Positions 24,633-37,784 of a DNA stretch of 64,000 bases are shown piece after piece. The translations under genes were made by a program, and so were the position numbers. The notes below the pieces were generated by a model that was not told the origin of the DNA, did not search any database, and saw only the letters and a list, made by a program, of their open reading frames with translations. Where the stretch lies: contig NC_068985.1 in NCBI RefSeq assembly GCF_001194135.2, positions 104,689,533 to 104,753,532 on the forward strand. The letters run 5' to 3'. This DNA is from Octopus bimaculoides. Taxonomy: Eukaryota. Numbering within the stretch: position 1 is the stretch's first letter; every line of letters starts with the position of its first letter.

Positions 24633-24852
24633 TTAACCCTTTTGATACCAATCTGTCTGAAACTGCCATTGGTCCTTTGACACAAGTTTTTTATTTTAAA
24701 GTAAGACCTTCCATCAAAATTTCAAGTTCATTTCTGTTTCAAACACCAGCATAATAACAGCAATGCTATTTTGATAATTTTTTCATTATTCTCATTATTA
24801 ATTGAAATAAATGAAGAGTATTTCAACAGAAATATGGTAACAAAAGGGTTAA
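24633..24852. mobile_element. TTAA-flanked piggyBac-like MITE, family B
   Basis: ttaa-cccttttgatacc ... ggtaacaaaaggg-ttaa; related copies at 36201-36422 and 51654-51845 (partial). Confidence 0.7.
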
Positions 24853-25604
24853 TTTCTATCTGCACAACTCTTCAAGGAATAGTTCTCAAATCGTCAACTC
24901 TTGGCACTAACCAACATGAGACCACCATAATTGTACGCTAAACACTTCCTGATCTAAATTATAATCATCCATCAAAATTTCATGCTAATTTAGGTACTAA
25001 ACACCAGCTTCATCATCATTGTTTAACGTCCACCTTCCATGCTGGCATGGGTTGGAGGGTTCGACAGGAGCTGGCCAGACAGGACCCTGCACCAGACTTC
25101 TGTTTTGGCAGGGTTTTTACAGTTGGATGTCCTTTCTAACACCAACCAGCCAGCAGAGTGGTGTGAGTACTTTTTTATGTGGCACAAGCACAGGCAAGGT
25201 TTTTACAGCTGGATGCTCTTCCAAGTGAAGACAACAGACATCTTAAAGCACAGTAAAACAAACTAATATGATGACAGCTTGTGAAGAGATTATAGTTTAT
25301 ATTTTGAAAGGATCTTGCAAAGATACTTTTCTACCAATGGAACCTGCTTGCAATTAAATACAGGTGAGCTGTATATTCTAGCTTGGCCATACAAATGGTC
25401 GATTAGCTCATTTCCTCTTGTATGAAAAGCTATCAGCATTGAAAGAAGTTCATAGGCACAAATATGGCTGTATGGTTAAGTCACACCCCAACCATGTGAT
25501 ATCAGGTTCAGTTCCACTGCATGGTACCTTGGGAAAGTGTCTTCTACTATAGCCCCAGGCAGACAAAACCCATTATATATGTGCGTGCGTGCGTGCATAT
25601 GCTC

Positions 25605-25636
<32 letters not shown>

Positions 25637-25689
25637 TATACGATGGCCCATCAAAGGTGATGATGGTATCAATCCAAGAGATTATCCTT

Positions 25690-26300
25690 CTCTGCCTCCA
25701 GTACATTGTTTCTCATTGGAGCAGATATGGGTGACAAGACCAATACAAGATAAGCAGATCTTATGGCACTGAGGGTACTGAAAGTGAATCCGATCAACAA
25801 CCGCAAGGGTTTGATGACATCTCTTCCTCTCTTCATGCAATCTCCTGCATTCATTTTCAAAGCTTTGTCCCACCATCACATATGGACTCCCATACCTTCC
25901 AATTAACAGCCAGGGCCTCCAACCAATTGGGATAGGGATTACATGAGATGATCATGAAAACAAAGTTCAAAGTTCTGGATGTCCATAAAACTTACTTCCA
26001 GTCTTGATCTCACTGAAGAGTACCAGTTACCCACCATCCAAATAACATGGCCAGCTCAGCAGAAAAGACAATGAAGAATGCAGGTTTCAAAAGTGGAGAT
26101 CCCAGGCCTTAGAAAGATTTCCGTATGAAGTAACATGTCCAGCCATGTGAGACTGGAGTCATCTGGTGCTGATAAACAGTCCAGCACTCAGGCGCATACA
26201 GAAGAGTGGATAAAGGGACAGCTTGATAAACAGAGATTCTTGTACTTGCTCTTGAAAGATGCAGAGACCAAGCTGATCTGACATCATCAAGGAGCCCTAC
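25690..26300 (-). mobile_element. RTE LINE 3' fossil
   Basis: Remnants STLLYAPECWTVY, WAGHVIWM and FQYPQCHKICLSCIGLVTH, broken by frameshifts and stops. Confidence 0.65.
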
Positions 26301-26654
26301 ATATATTATTGAATATGTTACATCTCTGTAACTTGTATTTTTATCATCTGGATTATGAAAGTATACTAGTGAAATGTTCCTATGAAGACCTCAATGAAAT
26401 GCAAATATAACAGGTCAAACACAATGATTTGAGACAGAGTAAAAAAATTGTACAATACAATAGAAATCAGTTGCCCAGAAAAGATTATTAATATAAGGTG
26501 AGAAAGAAAGAAAAAGAAAACATCTGATGAGAAATATGCAGTTACTCTACCAAGACAATAGCTTCCGATTTACACCTATAACACTATGCAACGTAATTTT
26601 TGTCCTTGGATAGCAAATGTTACTTCTTATTTGCTTACCTCTAGAAAGTATGAA

Positions 26655-26980
26655 AAATGGTTATTTCCTTCAAACTTTGCTTTCATTGCATTTATTCAAA
26701 CCCCAAAGAATCCCTTTCAAAACATGGCTGTGATGCTTCCCCACTACTTCTGCTCGTGATCAAAGATGCACATACTGTCAACCACTAAGGGACATGCTCA
26801 AGTTGTTATGGTCAAGCGACTGACAAGCAGATTTGTGGTTCTGAGCAGAATATTTGCTATAACGATATTTCTGCCTCAGCAACTCAGTGTTGAATCTATT
26901 GGAAATGTAATGGAAAGTAAGTCAGTTTTGAAACAGTTATCTCCAAGTCACAAAAGTACAGTTTGGAGGGAATAGTTGTC
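26655..26980. mobile_element. Possible MITE with degenerate TIRs
   Basis: ttatttccttcaaactttgcttt versus the reverse complement of aaaagtacagtttggagggaatag. Confidence 0.35.
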
Positions 26981-27402
26981 ATTTCCTTTGATTTCTACAT
27001 AGAAGCAAATTGGAAATAACACTTACTGACCAGGTCAGGGGAAAAAAAAAAAAAAAATTGTTATACAGTTTAATTATTAGGGTGGTTGGATCTGTAACAA
27101 ACTGCTTCAGTACCAATTTTCAGGAGCTAGCCTGCACAAAAAAAAAAAACATAAAGGACGCTGTTAATTAGAAAATTACACCTACTGGCTATTAAAATAA
27201 GTGTGAAAATATGTAAAACATGCCAGAAGCTTAGCATATAATAAGTGTATATACAGACACATGTGGACATGCAGATATATGTATATGTAAATGTGTATAA
27301 GTGTAAAACATACAGATCTACAGATGCAATGTCATCTATACTTGCATATTAGTATACATATATCCATATACATATGTGTGTATGTGAATATGGGGTTGGG
27401 TA

Positions 27403-27458
<56 letters not shown>

Positions 27459-28424
27459 NNNNNNNNNNAAATCTAAAATTTGTAGTTTGCTTTACAAAGC
27501 TCATGTACGGATATTGGCTAACAAATACTATTTATACAGCAAGGTTGATCATATCATTGCTTAGATATTTGGAATTTTGTAATATTTGTTGAATTACTAC
27601 TGGTGAATTGATATTGAAATATGCAAGTTATTCAATCCATTTTTTATTATTCATATATATATATATATATATGCTGTGCGTGAGAAGACTCAGCAAGCCA
27701 AGTGAGATCATAACCCGTGGCCTTTGCCAGGGGTGTAGCCAGCCTACTTATGCATACCTTTCCTTCATTGGACACATATAGGTACACATGTACAAATACC
27801 TAGTTGATATTCTCCAAATTCTAAAAAGGCCTTGTCGCTGAGTTAGATCCTGGCTCTCCATCCTTTGCTGAGAAATTTGAAAAATAAACTAGTACACCTA
27901 CACACATCATGATATATATATNNNNNNNNNNNNNNNNNNNNNNNNNNNNNNNNNNNNNNNNNNNNNNNNNNNNNNNNNNNNNNNNNNNNNNNNNNNNNNN
28001 NNNNNNNNNNNNNNNNNNNNNNNNNNNNNNNNNNNNNNNNNNNNNNNNNNNNNNNNNNNNNNNNNNNNNNNNNNNNNNNNNNNNNNNNNNNNNNNNNNNN
28101 NNNNNNNNNNNNNNNNNNNNNNNNNNNNNNNNNNNNNNNNNNNNNNNNNNNNNNNNNNNNNNNNNNNNNNNNNNNNNNNNNNNNNNNNNNNNNNNNNNNN
28201 NNNNNNNNNNNNNNNNNNNNNNNNNNNNNNNNNNNNNNNNNNNNNNNNNNNNNNNNNNNNNNNNNNNNNNNNNNNNNNNNNNNNNNNNNNNNNNNNNNNN
28301 NNNNNNNNNNNNNNNNNNNNNNNNNNNNNNNNNNNNNNNNNNNNNNNNNNNNNNNNNNNNNNNNNNNNNNNNNNNNNNNNNNNNNNNNNNNNNNNNNNNN
28401 NNNNNNNNNNNNNNNNNNNNNNNN

Positions 28425-28464
<40 letters not shown>

Positions 28465-29890
28465 ATATTTTTCATAGTTTGGTTTCTCCTAAGACTTTGA
28501 ACTTCAAGGACAAATTGTTTCAGGCTGATAGACGCAACAATATTTTATGAATTAAAAGAGTTATGTGTATGTGTGTGTGTGTGTGTTTGCCTGTATTGAT
28601 AGAAAGTGGATTAACCAACTAACAGGAATAAGACAACAACTTCCTTTCCCTCCACTACTCTAGTGTGCTCCTTGGGGCAATTTATGGCTTCTCTCTATTT
28701 AAGTCACTTAGGTATATAGATCTCCTACCACTCAAGTTGAATCACTATGTTTAAGCATGGGCAGATACCTAGTGCTGGTATCAACACCAACTATATACCC
28801 TGGAGAAAGAGTAGACCTTGTTCAGAATATTAAATGTTAGACGAATACAATGTAAATGTTCTGGTAACATCATACACAGCATGTGCATCTCCACAGCCAA
28901 ACACTTAGGCACTAAGATAAGGTGATGGTTATGGCAAAAAGCTGGTGGAGACTGCTTCCTGTCTGAACAATCTGAAATGCTTGCAGTTTAATATCAGTTA
29001 TGAATCTGCAGAGTATTAAGTGAAACAGCAGTAGATGACATAAACTTGCGTTTAAACAGAAGCACTACAGATGGGAGGCACAAATGCTTCTCTTCCAGAA
29101 TTTGCAAAGCATCAACAAATTTCCACTAGTAACAGATCTGTCATGTATGCAGTTCAATTGCCAAGCTGAAAGCTGGGCTTCCAAGAATAGGTTCTTGAAA
29201 ATGCTGCAGTCAGTGGCAAAGTTCTTGTTAGGAAATGAAGAAGGGAAAGGAAGAAGAGATATAAAAATAAGAAAGAGAAAATTCACCAATGACTTAACTA
29301 TCATCATCGATGGAGACAATTGTTTGTTACATCCATTGTTTGCAATGCTAGCATGAGTGGAATGTTTATTGTTAGAACGTTTTTTTTTAATGGATGTCCT
29401 TCCTAGTTCTAACATCTTCGTTATGAAATCTGAGAGTAGGTGGAGCATGTTGTCAGTTAGGTAAACTGAGGCAAGCAGAGTTATGTCCTTCAACAAAAGA
29501 CAATATAATGCTTGAGAGTGTTCAGGTCGTTAGAGAATACATCATACATCTTTTAACAGCTTCTTTGCTTTTCCCTCTTTTGTAATAACTGCAGCAAATA
29601 CTCTTATCTAGATGGAAACTGAAATATTAGTCTTAGAGAAAAAAAAAAAACCCTTCAAGAAACTAATTTTTTTAAAAAAAAACAAAAGATGTTTGAAAAA
29701 TATGATATGCAAAGATGTATGCGACTTATAAATACATAAACAAATGTACATAAGCGTAACAAATGCATCCACACACGCTAACATACAAATATTTTTATAC
29801 AGATATTCATTGAAAAGAAACTATTTTCAAGAGAATGGGAACCGGGTTATTTTGAATGTCAATAAAACAATATTTCTAACAATAAAGTCC

Positions 29891-29931
<41 letters not shown>

Positions 29932-30178
29932 AAGACAAAAATCGTTTCTATGTGATTTTTGTGCAGTACCCAATTCAAGACCCCGATTCATTGCTGAGGA
30001 CCTTTTCTCACATTCTGTAAATGTCTCTTTAAATCATATTCATACTCATCAATTACCAATCATTTTCCCCCTCTTACAAAATTATCTGTAATCAACCAAC
30101 TAACTTTAAAAAATACTGACAAGAGATGAATTTAAAATATATTCATGTGTATATATACACACTCTTAGGTGTGTGCAT

Positions 30179-30251
<73 letters not shown>

Positions 30252-30401
30252 TACATATATATATATACAAGATAGTTACAGATATGTATTTATAATTTAG
30301 AAAGAATAATAAAATTTTCCCTTAGTATTTAAGTCCAAGTTAAAACCCAGATTTTCAACAAATCTTAGATACCTGTTGAAAGAAACAAAACCCATCACAG
30401 A

Positions 30402-30439
<38 letters not shown>

Positions 30440-33400
30440 GGAGATAGGTATGAGCATAAATTATTCTGGCCAAAGACATTTTGTGAAAGAAAGTGAGAGT
30501 GTATGCATACATACATTTAGGAAAATATATACTGGTATGTCTATGGATCATATTCATGAGCACTACTTTGCTGGCAAACATGTATGTATTCATAAGTATT
30601 CATGTAAAATTATGCTATGTACATGTAATTATGAGAACATGAGTGATTATGCACATCATATGTGGATGTCGTTGGATTTGTGTAACTAACCAAAGTTTAT
30701 CTGTAAATAAAAGAAAAAAAGTATCGCTAGTATAAGTCTTTTTTTTTTTACACTAGCTCCTTACCGAACAAACTTATTTGTATACTGAATGCCGAATCTT
30801 TAAGTTTACCCTCTAACAACTGTACATTCGATATTCTTAAATTGACTACCAATCACTTGTTACTATTAGATCCTCAGTTTATAGTCACTATAAAAGTAAC
30901 AGTTAAATATTTCATGCAGCAAATAGAAATTTCTTACAAAAGTAGATCTCAAATTATAAAAGAAAAATATTGTTTTTTATCTCTGAGTTTAAAGATGTCC
31001 AGAGACCTATTTTGGCAATGAGACTTCATGAGGGCAACTTTCTTTTTTTTTGTTTTTGTTTGCTCTCTTTCAACAGTTAAGAGAATAAAGAAAATACACT
31101 CAAAAATAAAAAACACTTATAAAAAAAGACTAACTTTTTTTTTAAGAATAAGATAACTTTTTTTTAAAGGATACCATAGCATTTGCTCTGGAGACAAATA
31201 ACAGATACATCAAGTTTTTATTGTGTTGTAAGTTGTTGATGCTGCTGTAGTTAGTAATGACATTGTTGTAGGTCTTATAATTACAAGGATTGTACAAGAT
31301 GTTCCTTTTTTATTTGGTATTTTTTCATACTCCAGAAGAAAAAAAATAATAAATAAAATGTAATTTACATAATTTAAAAACCAAAATTAATAATTGAAAG
31401 TCATATAATTAAAAAAAAAAANNNNNNNNNNNNNNNNNNNNNNNNNNNNNNNNNNNNNNNNNNNNNNNNNNNNNNNNNNNNNNNNNNNNNNNNNNNNNNN
31501 NNNNNNNNNNNNNNNNNNNNNNNNNNNNNNNNNNNNNNNNNNNNNNNNNNNNNNNNNNNNNNNNNNNNNNNNNNNNNNNNNNNNNNNNNNNNNNNNNNNN
31601 NNNNNNNNNNNNNNNNNNNNNNNNNNNNNNNNNNNNNNNNNNNNNNNNNNNNNNNNNNNNNNNNNNNNNNNNNNNNNNNNNNNNNNNNNNNNNNNNNNNN
31701 NNNNNNNNNNNNNNNNNNNNNNNNNNNNNNNNNNNNNNNNNNNNNNNNNNNNNNNNNNNNNNNNNNNNNNNNNNNNNNNNNNNNNNNNNNNNNNNNNNNN
31801 NNNNNNNNNNNNNNNNNNNNNNNNNNNNNNNNNNNNNNNNNNNNNNNNNNNNNNNNNNNNNNNNNNNNNNNNNNNNNNNNNNNNNNNNNNNNNNNNNNNN
31901 NNNNNNNNNNNNNNNNNNNNNNNNNNNNNNNNNNNNNTGAATATTTACAGAGAAATATAGAAGGATTTCCAATATTTTCTTTTAAATTACTGATGACCTT
32001 TCCCAATAGAAGGCCAAAGAGTGGAATATAAAGAGGATTTATAGGGGGAGGGTAAAATGGTGCAGGGAAAATCCAGCTCAATCCATAGAAGTATTTTTTT
32101 TTAATGTTTTATATATATATATATATATTTTTTTTTTAATTTGGTTCTCCCCAAGTAAAGAGTTAAACAAGGCAAGCAGGCCAAATGAAAGTGGGATCCA
32201 TACAGCTTGTGTTCATGTTGCCAAATCTCAAAGGTTCTGAACAATGGACTGGCTTTTCGTGATGAACAGAGAAGCAAAGACCTTTATCCTGGTTACTGCT
32301 AACTGCACAAACAATACTGTCCATGTGATAACACTGAACCCATTGTAATTCTGCATACTGTGCAGATATGCCATACTTGTACACATACTACTTACAAACC
32401 AACCGATAATATGACATGTAACAAGAAATATATGACAAAGAAATAAAAATAATAAAACACTAAAACATCTTCCTAATGTTTCAAGCAATTGTGCATCTGA
32501 CTCCCTAACAATATGGCAATAAGCTACTACAACTCACAGGATATATATTGCCATTATTATAATGCTGTAGAAAACCTTCATTACTATAATACTTTAGAAA
32601 ACCTTCTAATCCATTACAAATATAGTAATGAGAAGTGAAATTATATCAGGCAACATCTATTGAATTCAAGAGAACTGTTACTAAGAGATAACATACAGAA
32701 ATAATGATGCCTGAGTACAAGAACTGTAGCTGTGAGTGGAGAGAGAGAGGGGGGATAGTGTGTGTGTGTGTGTGTGTGTGTGCACACGTGTGCATGCAAT
32801 TGCAAGCAAGCATATACAAATGTGTATGCAAGCTTGCACCATAGGCAATTCTATTAATACCCACCATTGTGAGATCCTATCCAAGTTCTAACCGTCAGAT
32901 GTTTTTTTTTTGATTTTTGTTTTTTTTGTAAAAAAAAAACATTCTAAATGAGGTTGGATACCTCACAATGATAGATACTAGTAGAGCAGCCGCTAAGTTT
33001 GCTGTAAGTAGTTAATGAAATATCTTGGTGAAATAAAGTAGTACTATCAAAATAGCAGAAACACATTATATTGTCTAATTTGAGAAGATGGAATGGCAGG
33101 AAATGTTATTGAACAAATAACAAGGTCACCTGGCAAGAAAACTATACGTGGTTTGCATCCCTATCAATGGATCTATCGCACTTCTCTATTTCAAATATCT
33201 TATAATGTCTGATATCACATGAAAACAACTCAGTTTTGAATAGACTTAATTTTGGAATAAAGACTTATCTAGTAAATACCAATATAAAAGTAGTAAAAAT
33301 TATTCTCCACAAAGGCAGTTTTCTATAATATGTGTTGGTAAGTAAGAGTGTATACAAGCGGATGTGTCATGTACTGGGATAGACAACATGCACCTTTTAT

Positions 33401-33682
33401 AAGTGCTGATTTGCTCTTACCATCCGTCTCTGAAGGTTTGTGTTGGCATGCATGTACATGGGCTCCAAAATTTTCACTTTAGCTGGTAGAGTGCACATCT
33501 GTTCAACATCAATTTTCAATGTACATATAATGGTGTGTATGTTTGTGTGTTTGTGTGTTTGTGTGAATGCATATGTATGTGTGTGTGTGTAAGTAATTCT
33601 AAGAACATCTCTGTGTATATTCGTATGTAGGTGCTTTGGCCTGCAAGGTGCATGGTTCCTCAAAGTCACAAAATGAAGTTGA

Positions 33683-33835
33683 CTACTGTTCAATCCAAGA
33701 TGGCTTTGAAGAATTGGCTGTTTTCAATTTAATGTTGAACTGCTTCAATGTTGCATCCAAAGCTGTCTCATTCCCACTGAAGTATGCCGACACCGCATTG
33801 TGGAACAAAAGAAGTTGCTTGTGCATGACTTTCAC
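33683..33835 (-). CDS. Arfip: Arfaptin, last exon
   Basis: ttcag|gtg phase 0; [38 protein letters not shown]...SWIEQ* is the arfaptin C-terminus. Confidence 0.95.
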   Translation of the reverse strand: MKVMHKQLLLFHNAVSAYFSGNETALDATLKQFNIKLKTANSSKPSWIEQ

Positions 33836-33904
33836 CTGAAACAGAAATGAAAATACGACCATTATAACTAATAACAATAACAACAACAACAATAATCTCA
33901 AGTT

Positions 33905-34080
33905 TCAGGGAGGACATTCGGTGAAAGCGACCAGATCTGTGGAGGACAAAGAATTGGATTCTTCACGAAGATAATGTCCCCTGTCACTAAGCTCTCCTCA
34001 CTTGTGAACTTCTCGCCAAAAACAACATGGTGTCATTTCCGCAGCCACCCTATTTGCCGAATTTAGCACCTGCAGACTTA
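33905..34080 (+). pseudogene. Mariner transposase fragment in the last arfaptin intron
   Basis: KRPDLWRTKNWILHEDNVPCH*...LAKNNMVSFPQPPYLPNLAPAD. Confidence 0.7.
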
Positions 34081-34910
34081 ACTTATCAACCCCGAAAGGA
34101 TGAAAGGCAAAGTCAAAAGGGAGAATTTGAACTCAGAACATAGTGACAGACAAAATACCGCTAAACGTTTTGCCTGGCGTGCTAATGACTCTGCCAGCTC
34201 AACACCTTCAATGATAATGATAATAATAATAATAATAATAATAATGGGTTCAAATGCAGAAACAAGGCCTGAAATTGTAAGGGAAGGGATTAGCTGATTA
34301 GACTGACCCCAGTACTTTAGTGGCACTTTGTTCATCAACCCAAAAAGATGATAAGCAATGTTGAATTTGGCAGGATTTGAACTCAGAACATAAAGAGCTG
34401 GAACAAGTTCCACAAGTCATTTCACCAAAAGCTCTAACAATTCTACCAATCCACTATCTATTTACTACTAATGAGCTGGCAGAATTGTAAGTGTGCCAGA
34501 TGAAATGCTTAACAGTATTTCAACCATTGCTACATTCTGAGTTCAAATTCTACTGAGGTCAACTTTATCTTTCATCCTTTCAGGGTCAATATAATAAGTA
34601 CCAGCTGAACACTGGGGTCAATGTAATCGACTCATCCCCTCCCCAAAAATGCTGCCTTTGTGGAAAAATTTGAAATTATTATTATTATTAAGGCAACGAG
34701 CTGGCAGAATCGTTAGCATGCTGGGTGAAATGCTTGGTAGTATTTCATCAGTCACTACATTCTGAGTTCAAATTCTGCTGAGGTCGATTTTGCTTTCCAT
34801 CCTTTCAGGGTCAATAAATTAAGTACCAGTTAAGTATTGGGGTTGATGTGATTGATTGTCTCCTTCCCCACAAAATCCAGGCTTTGTACATATAATAAAA
34901 AGGATTATTA
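34080..34910. mobile_element. Cluster of four Nin/Deu-type SINEs oriented -,-,+,+
   Basis: Copies at about 34080-34205 (-), 34235-34455 (-), 34470-34680 (+), 34690-34910 (+). Confidence 0.75.
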
Positions 34911-35651
34911 TTATTTAAAATTCAGCTTCCATGCTGATATGAGCTGGGCGGTTTGACAGGACCTGACAAGGTGGAGGACTGTGCCATGCACCGATGTCTA
35001 CTTTGGTATGGTTTCTATGCCTGGATGCATTTATTAATGCCAATCACTTCACAGAGTGCACTGGGTGCTTTCTTTGTGGTACCCACACTTAATGGTGATT
35101 GCCTCATCATTGGTCAAATGTGGTCACAATAACTGAAGGAGAGCAAAAGTGAGAGAGCGAGCGGGCAATGAGCCAAGGTACAAAGCTAAGGGAGAGTAAA
35201 TAAGAGGAGAAAATGAGGGAGTACAGCAGTGAACAGGGGAGGACGAAAGGGCTGAGAAAAAGGGAGGCAAAAAAGTTGAAAGGGAGATGGGGTGATTGTG
35301 TAAGGGGAGGTTAGGGCTATCCAACACTATAACAGGTGACTATAGAGAGAAGGAATGAGGGAAAAAGAATACTTTACTAGGATGGAGAGGAATCCTGAGA
35401 GAGAAGTGTGGAGGATCATGGGGTAAATTATAAATTGAAAATATGTAACTTGTTCTCTGTAAATATTTTCAGTATTAAATAAATTAATCAAATCGTCCAA
35501 CCCATGCTAGCATGGAAAGCGGACGTTAAACGATGATGATGATGATGATGATTAATTCCTTGTGTCATTACTTTTGCACAAGTGCAACACGCTTAACTCA
35601 ATTATTTTTTCATTTGAAATTTTTTTTTTGTGAATCAAACTGTTATCTTAC

Positions 35652-35826
35652 CTTATTTTCTTCCAAAAAATTTAGCTTGATGGCTACATCAGCACGTAGA
35701 GATTCATATTTTTGTTTATGTTCTTCAAACTTGGTCTTGGCATCTTCAACTTTGGGTATAGAATTACTATCTCGTGGTCCCATTTGAGCAAACTCAAGGT
35801 CATTTCTATATGCATCATATTCCAGT
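35652..35826 (-). CDS. Arfip: Arfaptin, AH/BAR exon
   Basis: ttccag|a phase 2 to aag|gtaaga phase 0; LEYDAYRNDLE...YESLRADVAIKLNFLEENK. Confidence 0.95.
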
Positions 35827-36895
35827 CTGGAAAAAGAAAATCATACGTTAGATAAAAACAACTAACAATTCCAACACGAAACGATTTCGGTTTAAATATA
35901 ACTATAATCAACAAAACAAACTAGTCAGGTTTGACTAGTTCTACAAATATCTACATTTACATATATTGCTAGAGAGTATGCATTTTAACGATGCTACCCA
36001 TCCTATCATATAATCATAATGGAATAGCAAATTTAGAGTGAAGCCACTTTTCCAGTCCTGCAGTCTTGCTAATCTAAGGCATTGCAAATGTATTGCATGG
36101 AATTTAAGTAATCAATATGAACAGGTTCCTAGATTTTGCCACTTTATAACAAAATTATCAATTGTTCAAATTGCAGTAACATGTAAGCCAAAATTTTTAA
36201 TTAACCCTTTTGATACCAACCTACCTGAGGCTGCCCTTAGATTTATGACACAAGCTTCCTGTTCTAAAACGATCTAAATTAAGACTTCCATCAAAATTTT
36301 ATGCTAGTTTATATCCCAAACAATAATGACCAAATTATTTTACCAAATTCTTCATTTTTTTCAAAATGAATTGAAACAAAAGCAGTGTATTTCAACAGAA
36401 TTAAGGTAACAAAAGACTCAACTAGTAAAGGTTCTGAAATGAAAACCCAAGTTTCTAAACTGGAAATTTTCTTTTTATGAATGACAGAAAAATGAACTTA
36501 ATTTTACTAGAATCTTTCATTTACTAATTCCACAGTAAACCACCCTGCTCTAAAAACAACCCAGACAGTAAAGTCTGCTTGGAGTATATTGTAACTTTTT
36601 TAATGTTTACAATGATGAAGATTTTCTTCCCATAGGACGCTCAAGAATTAACACTATAAACTAATAAAAGACATTTGTTAGTTACATAGCAATTAGTATT
36701 TTACAATTATGGATTATACTCACGGGCAGTTAGCAGTGAAAAGAAAACAATGAGCTGCACTCAACAACGACATGAAATATTGGCAAAGAAATTGAAAATC
36801 TTCAAATGTTACCTAGATTACAATAATTCAGTGCATTTCTAAAATAGAAAATAAATAAAATCTGAAAAGCAATAATAAGAACATCATGAACTAAC

Positions 36896-36989
36896 CTAGC
36901 ATTTTCATACTGTTTTATTGTAAGTAGAGTGTCTTCCATAGTTTTATTGCATAGTGTGTTCACAGAAGAAGTAAAAAAATTCATGGCAC
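36896..36989 (-). CDS. Arfip: Arfaptin, AH/BAR exon
   Basis: ttctag|gt phase 1 to ag|gttagt phase 2; [32 protein letters not shown]. Confidence 0.95.
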
Positions 36990-37177
36990 CTAGAAAGACG
37001 AGACAAAGATAAGAAGGCCATAGAAACAAGTCCATAAAACAATCCAGTCACTTCATAATAGTTTCCAGACAAAAAAAAAATTTAGAAGTAAACTCAAGCG
37101 TTAAACTACAATTTTAATTACATACCCTAAAACAAAAATATAAAATAACAGGAACAACAAGTTAATAATTTACTTAC

Positions 37178-37588
37178 CCAATAGTACTTCACCATTTCTA
37201 CTTAGTGTTCTCTGTGTTTCAGAATTGTAAGTAAATTCCTCCTGGAGATCTGGAGATTTTGCAGCTAACTCAGAGAAAGATTCTCCAAGAGCTTTTTGAG
37301 TTTGCACCACATAATAGAAATGATTGGTTAGAGAACGTGCCAGACGCAAAATGTTGCAATATTTGCGTTGTGTTTCACGCAAAGCTTCGATCTGAGTTTC
37401 CAACTCCAGATCTACAGTTCGCGAACCCTTGCCAAATTTTTCAGATAAAAGTTGACGAGTACATTTGTATGTATTCAAGCTCCATGAGCGAATTGTGTCA
37501 ATCTTGGATACAGCAGTCTGAGTGACACTGCCTTTAGGTACGAAATCTCCATTGCTCTGAGGACTCGACAGTGGAATATTACTTGTGG
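37178..37588 (-). CDS. Arfip: Arfaptin, amphipathic helix and start of the AH/BAR domain
   Basis: tttcag|cc phase 1 to g|gtaagt phase 1; [45 protein letters not shown]. Confidence 0.95.
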
Positions 37589-37772
37589 CTGAAATAGATA
37601 CAAATTGAAAATACACAACTTATATGGATAGATGAAGCTAAAAACAGCTATAAAGCATTTTAGTAACATCAGAGGCAACAGACATAATTATTATTTAATA
37701 GACATCAGTATAAACCAAACTTGTACAATTGCTACATTAGCTTCATTTATTTTTTTTTATTTTTTTACTTAC

Positions 37773-37784
37773 CTTCAAGCACCA
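37773..37784 (-). CDS. Arfip: Candidate 12-nt arfaptin microexon (VVLE)
   Basis: gtcttttttctttgaag|tggtgcttgaag|gtaagt; frame-preserving in phase 1, but the AAG acceptor is weak. Confidence 0.35.

Noticed and set aside
29065-29496. Overlapping 143-aa and 90-aa ORFs
   Set aside because: No recognisable domain and no convincing splice signals
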